In this document: positions 9,307 to 18,645 of the stretch, in pieces
Position numbering within the stretch: the stretch's first letter is position 1
Layout: every line of letters starts with the position of its first letter
Assembly: GCA_035281765.1 (NCBI GenBank)
Contig: DATEDH010000120.1
Coordinates: 1 to 44,132 of the forward strand
Length of the DNA: 44,132 nucleotides
Direction of reading: 5' to 3'
DNA from: Gemmatimonadaceae bacterium
GTDB taxonomy: Bacteria > Gemmatimonadota > Gemmatimonadetes > Gemmatimonadales > Gemmatimonadaceae
The notes under the pieces: generated by a model
Database searches by the model: none
Told to the model about the DNA's origin: nothing
What the model saw: the letters and a program-made list of their open reading frames with translations, nothing else
Made by a program: the position numbers and the translations under genes

Positions 9307-10479
9307 CTACCTGCGGAGAGGTGACGACCTCGCGTTCACCACTCTATTCCCCACTGCAAGCGGTGTGAGTGCCGAGTTCTCCGCCTTCGGTGTGCCGCGT
9401 CCGCCCGCACCGTAGACCGCCGTCACGGCTGCATCCGCCCAGTTCGATCCATCCATGTTCGAGTTGTCGAGAGATGGATTCTTGAGCTCACGACTGATTC
9501 CTGCCTTGGCTGACACGCTGGCGTTCGAATACTGCGTACGATCTATTGTGACAGTGTCCATTCCAACGACGCGTGCGATCTTGATTGCGTCGAGACTGTT
9601 CGCGAGCGCCAGCGCGCCGCCATACGCATAATCGACTGGCACTCCCTGATTGGAGACCGTATTCGTCGAATTGCCAAGGACGACATATCCACCCGGCTGA
9701 ACGACGACAGACGATGAAATCAGGTGGTACGGGCGGCGGCCGGATGCAGCCGAGTCAGCGATCACGAGGTTTTCGAGATCGACTGGCTTGGAGCCCGCAT
9801 TATAGAGCTCGAACCATTCGCTCATGGCCTCTTCCGCTGTGCCGTTCGGGTTCGCCATCACCTCATTGATGACGAGCTTCGGCTCCCAGTCCATGTCAAG
9901 AAGAAGCGAGAAGGTGAACGAATTAACAGTGAGCGGCATGCCGAGCTGCCATGCCTTTGCGGATGATACCTCGTCCTTGTCCAGTATTTCGGGATAACTG
10001 TAGTACGGCTGGCCGGCGGCAGTGAACGCATCGATCCCGTCAGCGTTGGCTACAGTGATCGTTCCACTTCCCGACGTTACAGAAGGAAGTGTGTGGAAGA
10101 AAACGCGGATTCCATCGGGATCAGGAATACCACCGCCAGGAGTGCCAACGGTTTCATTGAGGAGATTCTGCACTGTCAGGTCGAACTGAAAAATCTGCGT
10201 CTCGGTATCGTAGCTGACGTTGCTCGAAGTCAGCTTGACCATGACGTTCTGGCCCCCGATGATGTCGGCCCTTACGCCTTCGGGAATGGAAGGAGAATCA
10301 CAGCTCACACTGAGCGCAGTGCGCGATGCTGTGCATTGGAACATCACCCGCTGCCGATCGGCGCGCGCGTGACTTATGGAAGGCTCTGTTGATATGAGCT
10401 CACTGCACGCGGCAAGTGCTGCGCATGCGAAAACAACGAGCGCGACTGCCGTGCTCGATTGGCGTACAGACAAAGACAT
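9307..10479 (-). CDS. Lipoprotein with a lamin-tail (LTD) domain
   Basis: Lipobox LAAC. LTD signature LVINEVMANP...EWFELYN...VDLEN...PGGYVVL...GTPKAEN. Confidence 0.85.
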   Translation of the reverse strand: MSLSVRQSSTAVALVVFACAALAACSELISTEPSISHARADRQRVMFQCTASRTALSVSCDSPSIPEGVRADIIGGQNVMVKLTSSNVSYDTETQIFQFDLTVQNLLNETVGTPGGGIPDPDGIRVFFHTLPSVTSGSGTITVANADGIDAFTAAGQPYYSYPEILDKDEVSSAKAWQLGMPLTVNSFTFSLLLDMDWEPKLVINEVMANPNGTAEEAMSEWFELYNAGSKPVDLENLVIADSAASGRRPYHLISSSVVVQPGGYVVLGNSTNTVSNQGVPVDYAYGGALALANSLDAIKIARVVGMDTVTIDRTQYSNASVSAKAGISRELKNPSLDNSNMDGSNWADAAVTAVYGAGGRGTPKAENSALTPLAVGNRVVNARSSPLRR

Positions 10480-10555
10480 GTGATCGTTCGTTCGAGTGGG
10501 TAAGTGCCTACAGCGATAGACAATTACGAGAAGCGAACGTCACAACGGCAGTGTA

Positions 10556-10628
10556 CTGGGGCGGCAGGACTCGAACCTGCAACTTCCGCATTAACAGTGC
10601 GGCGGTCTGCCAATTGACCTACACCCCA
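10556..10628 (-). tRNA. tRNA-Asn(GTT), CCA not encoded
   Basis: Reverse complement folds as a cloverleaf: acceptor TGGGGTG/CGCCCCA, anticodon arm CCGCA-CTGTTAA-TGCGG, T-arm GCAGG-TTCGAGT-CCTGC, discriminator G. Confidence 0.97.
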
Positions 10629-10659
10629 AGTTGAAGAACCACTCCGCTCACCTGTACTC

Positions 10660-10688
10660 ATTGTATATAGCGGTTTGGGAATCTCCAA
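10660..10688 (-). promoter_or_regulatory. Putative sigma70 promoter for tRNA-Asn
   Basis: TTGGAG-17 nt-TACAAT on the minus strand, about 30 nt upstream of the tRNA. Confidence 0.55.
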
Positions 10689-10712
10689 GCGCGACTTTGC
10701 CGAAAAAGTGCC

Positions 10713-11384
10713 CTACGGATTCAGTATTTCGGCGAGTGCGTCGAGCCGTTCGCTCCAGAACTTCTTGAGCGCGTTTGCGGTTTCACGATCAGGAAGCTTC
10801 GTGTGCTGAATCGCCACCGAGCTCTTCGATTCACCTTTGGGATAAAATCCGAGCGCGATGATCGTCCCATCAGCCCACCGCACGCGCATCGATTTCGGTG
10901 AAGTCGCAGTTGTGACCTTCAAGTCCTTTCCGTCGAGGAATTTCTTTCGAGACGCTGCATTTGCCCATGCATCGTAAAGCGTCTTCACCGGAACGTTGAA
11001 TGTGCGCGACTTGCTCGCTTCGTACGTTCCATCTCTTCTCTGGCCTCGCGCACGCAGTCCTTTGATGCGCTCGTATCCAACTGCTACTGTCTGAGTCCAC
11101 CACGGCCCGACTTTGTATTTCTCGTGGACGAGCTTCGCGATGTCACGATGCTCCATCTTGTCAGCCCCGTAATAATCCAGTGACTTCACCCACTTTTCCC
11201 ACGTGCATCCCGTTTTTTCCTTGATCGCAGCATCGCTCATACCTGCAAGCGCGGCGTAGTCGATCTTCGATGCGGATTTCGTGGCTATCTTTCTGGCGAG
11301 GTGCGACCGCGCGGCAGTGTAGGATTCGCCGGTCTTTTTCATGCGGGCGCGAACGAGCCGCTTGAGATCCTTATTCTGAGTCAT
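10713..11384 (-). CDS. Protein with a basic N-terminal helix, a DUF4287-like helical domain and an SRPBCC/AHSA1-like C-domain
   Basis: MTQNKDLKRLVRARMKKTGESYTAAR, then IKEKTGCTWEKW...WWTQTVAVGYE, then SKSRTFNVPVKTLYDAW...AIQHTKL...FWSERLDAL. Confidence 0.85.
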   Translation of the reverse strand: MTQNKDLKRLVRARMKKTGESYTAARSHLARKIATKSASKIDYAALAGMSDAAIKEKTGCTWEKWVKSLDYYGADKMEHRDIAKLVHEKYKVGPWWTQTVAVGYERIKGLRARGQRRDGTYEASKSRTFNVPVKTLYDAWANAASRKKFLDGKDLKVTTATSPKSMRVRWADGTIIALGFYPKGESKSSVAIQHTKLPDRETANALKKFWSERLDALAEILNP

Positions 11385-11546
11385 CGTCTATGTCCCTTGT
11401 ATGCACCACGGGCTACTCCCCAGCAGCGCTCGCGGTGAACGCAAGGAATCGACGAAACTGCATCCCGAAGGTGTACCCTCCTTTGCCTCAATTCCGACTC
11501 CTGCTGGGGAAGAGTCATACGAGGTTAGGCCCGGGACATCGGCCTC
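11385..11546 (-). ncRNA. Candidate structured cis-regulatory leader RNA (family not identified)
   Basis: Several hairpins, a cUUCGg tetraloop, and two hairpin loops with perfect complements downstream. Located between a good promoter and ATG 11384. Confidence 0.65.
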
Positions 11547-11551
11547 CTTGG

Positions 11552-11580
11552 ACGATGCCCCGAACCTTACGGGGTGTCAA
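11552..11580 (-). promoter_or_regulatory. Putative sigma70 promoter for the leader RNA and gene 10713-11384
   Basis: TTGACA-17 nt-CATCGT on the minus strand. The inverted repeat GAACCTT (11562-68)/AAGGTTC (11579-85) brackets the -35. Confidence 0.6.
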
Positions 11581-11693
11581 GGTTCTCGGCGGAAGCGAAA
11601 AATGACCGCTGGACCAGCGTGCCATTCCCGGTCTGACCGTCCAGGCATCGAACGTCTATTATTTCTGGAATTCCAAAAAATGGGGGGCGGAAA

Positions 11694-12008
11694 ATGATGC
11701 TCGTTCGCGAAGTGTTCTACTGCAAGCCGGGAAAGGTGCGCCCCATGGTCGAGAAGTTTCTCAAGATGTCATCGATCAACGAGCAGGCAGGCTTCGGGAA
11801 GATGCGCATAATGACCGATTTTGCCGGCGAGCACTACTGGACCGTAGTTGCCGAGGTCGAAGTTCCGAGCATGAAAGACTTCGAAGAGATGATGGCCGGC
11901 AAAGGCATGACGCCGGACCTCATGAAGCAGATGGAGCCGATCATGGAAGGCTATCACGATCTCGTAGATCACGGCCGCCGCGAGATCTACAAGATCGAAG
12001 GGACCTGA
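11694..12008 (+). CDS. Small dimeric alpha-beta barrel (NIPSNAP-like) protein
   Basis: VREVFYCKPGK...MTDFAG..WTVVAEVEV...GRREIYKI pattern, with host-like codon usage. Confidence 0.75.
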   Translation: MMLVREVFYCKPGKVRPMVEKFLKMSSINEQAGFGKMRIMTDFAGEHYWTVVAEVEVPSMKDFEEMMAGKGMTPDLMKQMEPIMEGYHDLVDHGRREIYKIEGT

Positions 12009-12428
12009 TTACACCTCTTCTTCCTCGGAAAGCCCGCCACTGACCCTGAATACATGGCCATCGGGGTGTCGCACGTGCATCTCGCGCACACCCCAGTCCA
12101 TGTCAGTCGGCGGCCACGCGATGTCATATCCAAGCCGCACGCACTTTTCATGAACGGCATCGACATCATCAACCCACAACGACATCCAGGCTCCCTTGTC
12201 CGCGCTTTGATCCCCATCAGGTCCGAATGTCATCTTCACCGGACTCTTCCCGCGTCCGCCCTGGCCGCCGAGACATAGAAAGATCTGTACGCGTCCCGAC
12301 TTGATGCCGGCGAACGTTACGGGATCACCCCAATCGAATGTCCTGTGCCATCCAAGATTCTCGAACCATTCGAGGCTCTGCTGAATGTTCGAGACATTCA
12401 ATATTGGATTTACTTCATGCACGAACAT
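12009..12428 (-). CDS. VOC/glyoxalase/bleomycin-resistance family protein
   Basis: PILNVSNIQQSLEWF, VDDVDAVH and WGVREMHVRHPDGH motifs. Confidence 0.9.
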   Translation of the reverse strand: MFVHEVNPILNVSNIQQSLEWFENLGWHRTFDWGDPVTFAGIKSGRVQIFLCLGGQGGRGKSPVKMTFGPDGDQSADKGAWMSLWVDDVDAVHEKCVRLGYDIAWPPTDMDWGVREMHVRHPDGHVFRVSGGLSEEEEV

Positions 12429-12455
12429 CAGCAGCTCCTGTTGCGAAGGCGGGAG

Positions 12456-12926
12456 TCACTGATATGTGCACGCTCCCCGCGACATGTCCAGATACACAGT
12501 TCCGCGCGATGCTCCGGCCACCTTTCGATACGTGAAATAGTTGGGCTCATCCTCGAGATTGCGGTATGCGAAAATTAGAACGCTGTCAGCCCGGGGAACG
12601 GCGAGAGTGAAATCGCCATTCGCGTTGGTTCGCGCGCGAGCAATCGCGCCTGGTCCGCGAACCAGCGAAAGTAATTTCGCCTGACGAGCATTGAACTGGT
12701 TCATTGCAGCGCTGTCCGTAACCACCAGCACTTCGCTGCTCATGGCATTGAGAATCCCTGTCAGCTCCGCGTTTCGCGCCGGATTGAACGCCGCTACGGA
12801 AATCCCCGACAGGTGAATTTCGACAGGTCCATCGCAATCACGGACTGTCCCACGAAGTGTAGCAGCGCTGCGATCTGCCGCTGCCAGGCTGAGCGCAGCC
12901 CAGACCAGTGCAATTCCACGAATCAT
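12456..12926 (-). CDS. Secreted protein with a carboxypeptidase-regulatory-like beta sandwich
   Basis: Signal peptide, TLRGTVRD...LSGISV and RTNANGDFTL. Confidence 0.7.
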   Translation of the reverse strand: MIRGIALVWAALSLAAADRSAATLRGTVRDCDGPVEIHLSGISVAAFNPARNAELTGILNAMSSEVLVVTDSAAMNQFNARQAKLLSLVRGPGAIARARTNANGDFTLAVPRADSVLIFAYRNLEDEPNYFTYRKVAGASRGTVYLDMSRGACTYQ

Positions 12927-13046
12927 GGTGCCTCTACAAGAGTGGACTTCTGGACGAGCGGGCCAGCCCGCTACTATAGATACTGTGAGAATAACATCCG
13001 GAACTCACCGAAACCTCATTGACCGTTCAACTCCACTGTAACGAAT

Positions 13047-14714
13047 ATGTTGAAACGCACTCGCACGCTCGCCATCGCGACTATGGTTGCCGCCTGCGCA
13101 CCGTCGGTCACGACCACCAACGCTCCCGCCTCAGCGACCCCCAGCACCTCACGCATGGCCGAGGACATTCGCACCGTCTCGGCTGATGCATTTCTCGGAC
13201 GCGGACCAGCAACTCGCGGAGAGGAGCTGGCGACCAATTACATCGCCGATCGATTGAAAGCTGCCGGCCTGGAGCCGGGCGGACCTAACGGAAGCTGGTT
13301 CCAGGATGTTCCCCTGCTGCAATCCGACATCACCGGACCCGCGTCGTTCTCATTCAATGTCAAAGGCCAGAACGTCGCACTGGCACAGGGTGAAGACGTT
13401 GCCATTCGCGCCTCCATGCAGAATGTCGACCATGTCACGATACAGAACGCGCCGGTTGTCTTTCTTGGATACGGAGTAAAAGCTCCTGAGCGAAACTGGG
13501 ACGACTTCAAGGGGCAGGACATGCGCGGCAAAGTCGGAATTGTCCTCATCAACGATCCCGACTTTGAAGCGGGTCAGGGAGACTTCGGCGGCAAGGCGAT
13601 GACCTATTACGGCCGCTGGACTTACAAGTACGAGGAAGCCGCGCGACAGGGTCTCGCAGGACTTCTCGTTGTGCATGAAACAGCGCCCGCGTCCTACGGC
13701 TGGCCGACGGTCAAGAATTCGAACACGAACACGATGTTCGACATCGTCCGGCAGAATCCTGCGGAGGTGCATCCGCCGATGGAAGGATGGATACAGCGCG
13801 ACGATGCTGTGAGTCTGTTGAAATCAACTGGCCTCGACTTCGACTCCCTCAAAAAGAGCGCGCAGACGCGCGAATTCCAGCCCGTGACGCTCAACGGCGC
13901 GACATTCTCGGCGAACTATAAAGTCACGCAGAAGACTATTCACTCGAAGAATGTCCTCGGCAGAATCCGCGGGAGCGCTCATCCCAATGAGACCATTCTC
14001 TACGGCGCGCATTGGGATCACCTTGGAGTGGGCGCGCCTGATGCGCGTGGCGACACGATCTACAACGGTGCTGTAGACAACGGAACTGGCATCGCTGCTG
14101 TGCTCGAGCTTGCGCGCATGTTCGCCGCGGGACCCAAGCCACAGCGCTCGCTCGTGTTCGCGTTCTGGACAGCGGAAGAAAAGGGACTGCTCGGATCAGA
14201 GTATTACGCAGCGAACCCTGTGTATCCTCTCGAGACGACCGTTGCAGGATTCAACATCGATGCGTTGAGTCCGTCGGGACGCGCACATGATGTTGTCGTT
14301 GTCGGATCCGGTCAGAGCGATCTCGAAGACCGCCTGCAGCAGGTTGTTACAGCGAGCAGCCGGGTGATCACTCCTGATGCGAGCCCCGAAGCAGGATACT
14401 TCTTCCGCTCCGATCACTTCCCGATGGCGAAGCGCGGTGTCCCCATGTTGTATATGGATAGCGGCATCGACCTTCTCAACGGCGGCAAGACTGCAGGCGA
14501 TTCCGCAGATGCGCGATATCGCCGCGACGCATATCACCAGCCCGCAGATGAATACGATGCGGCAAAGTGGGATCTGACAGGCATCGCCGAGGATGTGAGT
14601 ATCCTGCATGCGCTCGGCTCGCAGCTCGCCAATTCACGCGACTGGCCTAATTACCGACAGTCATCGGAGTTCCGTCCGGTACGCGACAAGAGTGCGTCGA
14701 GTCGCAATCAGTAG
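13047..14714 (+). CDS. M28 family metallopeptidase lipoprotein with PA insert
   Basis: Lipobox VAAC plus GAHWDH, GAVDNGTG, AEEKGLLGS, RSDH and YHQPAD motifs. Confidence 0.93.
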   Translation: MLKRTRTLAIATMVAACAPSVTTTNAPASATPSTSRMAEDIRTVSADAFLGRGPATRGEELATNYIADRLKAAGLEPGGPNGSWFQDVPLLQSDITGPASFSFNVKGQNVALAQGEDVAIRASMQNVDHVTIQNAPVVFLGYGVKAPERNWDDFKGQDMRGKVGIVLINDPDFEAGQGDFGGKAMTYYGRWTYKYEEAARQGLAGLLVVHETAPASYGWPTVKNSNTNTMFDIVRQNPAEVHPPMEGWIQRDDAVSLLKSTGLDFDSLKKSAQTREFQPVTLNGATFSANYKVTQKTIHSKNVLGRIRGSAHPNETILYGAHWDHLGVGAPDARGDTIYNGAVDNGTGIAAVLELARMFAAGPKPQRSLVFAFWTAEEKGLLGSEYYAANPVYPLETTVAGFNIDALSPSGRAHDVVVVGSGQSDLEDRLQQVVTASSRVITPDASPEAGYFFRSDHFPMAKRGVPMLYMDSGIDLLNGGKTAGDSADARYRRDAYHQPADEYDAAKWDLTGIAEDVSILHALGSQLANSRDWPNYRQSSEFRPVRDKSASSRNQ

Positions 14715-14729
14715 GCGCTCAATAGGGAC

Positions 14730-15833
14730 TTGAGCCGCATGTCGTACACAGCTGCAGTTTTTCCCGCGCCCGGTGTACCAGTTGAGTTGCGCGAATTTGC
14801 GGAGCCGGCACTGGAACCGGGAGCGGCACTGCTGCACACCATGTATTCCGAAGTTTGCGGGACTGATGTCCATCTCCACCATGGACGTCTTGCTGGTGTT
14901 CCGTATCCAATAATTCCGGGGCATGTGAGCATTGGCGTGATCGCCAAGTTGCGCGGCGCTCTCACAACCGTCGATGGCGATCAGCTTCGAGAAGGTGACG
15001 TCGTAACATTTCTCGATGTGCACGAGACATGCGGCTCATGCTATCACTGCTCTGTTGTCAATCAGCCCAATCGATGCCCGTCACGCAAAGTGTATGGAAT
15101 CACGTATTCCGCCGACGACGGATTGCTTGGCGGGTGGTCTCAGGCGATTTACATGAAGCCCGGCGTGAAGATGATTCATATTCCGTCATCACTTTCCCCT
15201 GAAACGTTCATCGGTGGCGGATGCGGTCTGGTAACTGCATTGCATGCAGTCGACCTGGCGGGAATCAGACTTGGAGATTCAGTCGCGATCATGGGCGCAG
15301 GACCGGTTGGGCAGAGTGTTGTCGCGTTGTCGTCATTGAGCGGCGCGTCTCAGGTGGTTTCTGTCGACATTGTCGACGACCGCCTTCGGTTTGCCGCGAG
15401 TATGGGTGCGACATCCACGATCACACTTTCTATTCCCCGCGCTGAGCGGATGGACAACGGGCGTTCTCTCACGCGAGGGAGAGGATTTGACGTCGTGATA
15501 GAAGCGAGCGGTGCTCCGGAAGCAGTCAGTGAGGCACTCGACCTCGTTCGTGATGGCGGGCGCGTGGTTGTCTGCGGTCACTACACCGACAACGGTCCAG
15601 TCGAGATTCATCCGCATTGGCAGATCAACAGGAAGCACGTTGAGCTGCGCGGATGCTGGGGCTCGCGTTACGAGCATTTTCACCGCTCGGTCGATATCGC
15701 TGCGCATCACGGTTCCACAAAGCCATGGTCGAAGCTTGCCGGCAACGTGTACGATCTTGCCGACGTTGCATCTGCGCTCGAGGCAGTCGAGAATCGATCC
15801 GCGGTAAAGGCGATTGTCCGCGTGAATGCGTGA
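14730..15833 (+). CDS. Zinc-binding MDR-family alcohol dehydrogenase
   Basis: CGTDVH, structural-Zn CGSCYHC...C and GAGPVG. GHV replaces the usual GHE. The start may be ATG 14739. Confidence 0.9.
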   Translation: MSRMSYTAAVFPAPGVPVELREFAEPALEPGAALLHTMYSEVCGTDVHLHHGRLAGVPYPIIPGHVSIGVIAKLRGALTTVDGDQLREGDVVTFLDVHETCGSCYHCSVVNQPNRCPSRKVYGITYSADDGLLGGWSQAIYMKPGVKMIHIPSSLSPETFIGGGCGLVTALHAVDLAGIRLGDSVAIMGAGPVGQSVVALSSLSGASQVVSVDIVDDRLRFAASMGATSTITLSIPRAERMDNGRSLTRGRGFDVVIEASGAPEAVSEALDLVRDGGRVVVCGHYTDNGPVEIHPHWQINRKHVELRGCWGSRYEHFHRSVDIAAHHGSTKPWSKLAGNVYDLADVASALEAVENRSAVKAIVRVNA

Positions 15834-16627
15834 GCGATAACGATCCTCCCGCATGGCTCGTTCGCCTGGGGCGAATCGGCTACGCTGCAAAGGGCTTCAT
15901 CTATATAGTTGTCGGTCTTCTCGCTGTCCGCGCCTCGATGGGCTTTGGCGGCGAAACTACTGACACACACGGCGCAATCGAGGCAATCGGAGAAGCTCCC
16001 TTTGGAGTGCTCGCGTTGCTTGTCGTATCGGTCGGTCTGCTTGGCTACGCTGCCTGGCGTCTGGTGAGCGCGCTTGTCGATGCGGAACGTCGTGGGCGCT
16101 CCATGAAAGCGGTCACACTGCGAGTCGGCGAAGCGCTGAGAGGACTGGTTTACGGTGTATTGGGAGCATCGACGCTCAAATACCTCGTAGATCGTGAAGG
16201 CGACTCCACAGACAAGGCGCGCGAAGTCACGCGTTGGGCCCTGCACGTTCCTGCAGGCCGATGGTTTGTCATCGGCGCCGGCATCGTGATAGTCGGCTAC
16301 GCAGTGTACCAGATGTACCGTGCGTTCAGGCGGAAGTTTCTCCGGCGTCTCGACCTGTCGGGAGCTGGTGCTCAGACACGCAAGCTTATCGAGCGGCTTG
16401 GCGGATTTGGAGTCGCGGCGCGAGCCATCGTATTTGGAATGATCGGACTCTTCATATTGAGAGCGGGATGGAACTACAATCCTGCTGAAGCAGGTGGTAT
16501 CGAGAAGTCTCTCGATGCCATCAGAAACCATTCACTGATCTTTGCAATTGTCGCCGCGGGCTTGATTGCGTTCGGAATTCTGCAAATTGTTATTGCACGG
16601 TATCGCATCATGCGAGCGTCTGACTAA
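15830..16627 (+). CDS. DUF1206-family membrane protein
   Basis: GTGA overlap with the upstream stop. Three repeats of the RxGxxAxGxxY/F-type TM hairpin. Confidence 0.85.
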   Translation: MSDNDPPAWLVRLGRIGYAAKGFIYIVVGLLAVRASMGFGGETTDTHGAIEAIGEAPFGVLALLVVSVGLLGYAAWRLVSALVDAERRGRSMKAVTLRVGEALRGLVYGVLGASTLKYLVDREGDSTDKAREVTRWALHVPAGRWFVIGAGIVIVGYAVYQMYRAFRRKFLRRLDLSGAGAQTRKLIERLGGFGVAARAIVFGMIGLFILRAGWNYNPAEAGGIEKSLDAIRNHSLIFAIVAAGLIAFGILQIVIARYRIMRASD

Positions 16628-16642
16628 CAAACACCGACTGAC

Positions 16643-18022
16643 ATGTTGAAAAAACTTTTCATAGCGTGCAGCGTGCTCTCGTTCACTGCGAATCCGCTGG
16701 CGTCGCAGTCCTTCGAAGCGAAAGTCGACTCGATTGCGACAGGTGTACTGCGCACAACGGGCGTGCCGAGCGCAAGCGTTGCGGTGGTGCAGAACGGAAA
16801 GCTTGTGCTTTCCAAGGCATACGGCTCGTCGCGGCTCGATCCAGTGCAGGCTGCAACCACATCGATGCGATATGGCATCGGGTCGATCAGCAAGCAGTTC
16901 ACTGCCGCCGCGATGCTTCTGCTTCAGGAAGAGGGCAAGCTCAGAATCGACGATCCCGTTGGGAAGTACGTCCCCGGATTGTCACGCGGCAACGAGGTGA
17001 CAATCCGCCAGATCCTCTCTCACACGTCGGGCTATCAGGACTTCTGGCCGCAGGATTACCTGATGGAGCCGATGAGAAAGGATGCTCCTGCGCAATCCAT
17101 CATGGATCGCTGGGCAAAGCAGCCGCTCGACTTCGAGCCGGGCACTCGGTGGCAGTACAGCAACACGGGTTTCGTTCTGGCTGGAATGATTGTCGAGAAG
17201 GTGAGCGGCATGCCGTTCTTTCAATTCATCCAGACCCGGCTTCTCGATCCGCTCGGCATGAAGTCGGCTCGTGACTTCGACTCGAATCCGCGCGCGGTCG
17301 ACGCAACAGGTTACATCCGTTACGCACTCGGTCCTTTGCATCCTGCGCCTGACGCGGGACACGGCTGGATGTATGGAGCAGGCATGCTCGCAATGACGCC
17401 GGCAGATCTCGCTAAGTGGGATATCTCCCTCATCAGGAGGAGTCTCCTCAAGCCGGCATCGTACTCGGAGATGTTTCGCGAGACTACGCTTAAGAATGGC
17501 GCGCCGAGCTCATACGGTCTTGGTGTGTTCACAACCATGTCGGGCGGACACTTTCTCGTCGAGCACAATGGCGAAGTCTCCGGATTTACAGCAGAGAACT
17601 TCGTATATCCTGAGGACAGTGCTGCGATCATAGTGATGACGAATCAGGACGCTGTTTCTGCGGCAGGGACTATTGCTACTCAGATCTCGCGATTGCTGTT
17701 CACCGTGGAGGATTCGCTGACGTCTAATCAGACGGCTCAGGCGCGCGCAATTCTGGAAGGACTTCAGCAGGGCAAAATCGATCGCTCGCTCTTTACCTCG
17801 AATGCCAACGGTTACTTCGGTGATGTTGCGCTCAAGGACTTCGCTGCGAGCCTCGCTCCACTTGGATCGCTCGTAAGCTTCACGCAGACTTCGACGTCAA
17901 AGCGCGGCGGAATGACGCTGCGGAATTATCGCGCGACGTTCAATGGCCGCTCGCTTCGCGTATGGACCTTCGAAACAAGCGATGGGAAGCTGGAACAGTT
18001 CCAGGTAGCGCCGATCGCCTAA
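16643..18022 (+). CDS. Secreted serine hydrolase, beta-lactamase/PBP-like (class C fold)
   Basis: Signal peptide plus SISK (SxxK), LSHTSG, YSN and HNG motifs. Confidence 0.9.
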   Translation: MLKKLFIACSVLSFTANPLASQSFEAKVDSIATGVLRTTGVPSASVAVVQNGKLVLSKAYGSSRLDPVQAATTSMRYGIGSISKQFTAAAMLLLQEEGKLRIDDPVGKYVPGLSRGNEVTIRQILSHTSGYQDFWPQDYLMEPMRKDAPAQSIMDRWAKQPLDFEPGTRWQYSNTGFVLAGMIVEKVSGMPFFQFIQTRLLDPLGMKSARDFDSNPRAVDATGYIRYALGPLHPAPDAGHGWMYGAGMLAMTPADLAKWDISLIRRSLLKPASYSEMFRETTLKNGAPSSYGLGVFTTMSGGHFLVEHNGEVSGFTAENFVYPEDSAAIIVMTNQDAVSAAGTIATQISRLLFTVEDSLTSNQTAQARAILEGLQQGKIDRSLFTSNANGYFGDVALKDFAASLAPLGSLVSFTQTSTSKRGGMTLRNYRATFNGRSLRVWTFETSDGKLEQFQVAPIA

Positions 18023-18546
18023 TGTCCCTGCTCCGCATCATCGTCGATGCGGAGTCCAAGCGCTCTGTGAGTGTTGTCGCAGAACGGGAGATGTTTCGAG
18101 CGGCCGCACCTGCAGAGCGCAACACGCCAGTCGTCACGAACTATTGCGCCGCTTGCATCCGTGATTTTGACCTGACCCCTGACAAAGAAGGGGCCATTGC
18201 GAACCGATGTTACGGTCACGTCCTCTGGCGGCTGTTCCTGCGCGCCGCCGTCGGTTCGCACAAAATGCAATGCACCAGTGGGGCACTTCACAACAGCTTC
18301 GGCAATCGCACCCGCGCTCGCTGCATGAACATTGACCCACGGACGCTGGCGCGGATCGAATACCTGTGGAAGCGCGCGAATGCACGCTGCACTGTGAATA
18401 CAGCGCGATGCATACCATTGAACTTTGATAGTCTCGGCGCTGTACTCGCGAGTCGCCCTGTCGTGAACGCGATTCGACTGATCCTCCTCAGGAGGAGCGC
18501 CCTTTCCACCGTCGGCAGCGTTCGGCTCGAGTGTCTCGTCGCTCAT
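18019..18546 (-). CDS. Divergent 4Fe-4S domain plus CDGSH-type Fe-S domain protein
   Basis: CIHSAAC...CPTGAL and ALCRCGRSKHLPFCDNTH. Confidence 0.9.
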   Translation of the reverse strand: MSDETLEPNAADGGKGAPPEEDQSNRVHDRATREYSAETIKVQWYASRCIHSAACIRALPQVFDPRQRPWVNVHAASAGAIAEAVVKCPTGALHFVRTDGGAQEQPPEDVTVTSVRNGPFFVRGQVKITDASGAIVRDDWRVALCRCGRSKHLPFCDNTHRALGLRIDDDAEQGH

Positions 18547-18645
18547 GCTATCACATTCAAAGAGTTTACGTCGGATAGCAAGTCACCTTGCGCGATCCGC
18601 CTCCGCCGGACACCCTTCCTTATGAAACGCGAGCGGAGAGTTGTG

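Noticed and set aside
10556-10628. tRNA-Asn as an integration site
   Set aside because: I saw no integrase nearby, no duplicated tRNA 3' end and no compositional change at its flanks.
11390-11697. Short plus-strand ORFs 11390..11605 and 11401..11697
   Set aside because: They have no SD and no protein-like features. The region is better explained by the opposite-strand promoter and structured leader.
15707-16531. Long antisense ORFs (15707..16531 and similarly 22916..23422, 25540..26196, 29178..29852)
   Set aside because: These are typical shadow ORFs of GC-rich genes, fully overlapping better-supported CDSs.
16643-18022. Calling the serine hydrolase (or the MBL-fold gene at 4581-5594) a true beta-lactamase
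   Set aside because: The motifs (HNG instead of KTG; RomA-type MBL motifs) fit broad peptidase/esterase and phosphodiesterase-like families. Resistance is not supportable from sequence.
17962-18645. 228-aa N-terminal extension of the TPR ORF in the track
   Set aside because: It is the antisense shadow of the CDGSH gene. The SD and signal peptide support a start at 18646.
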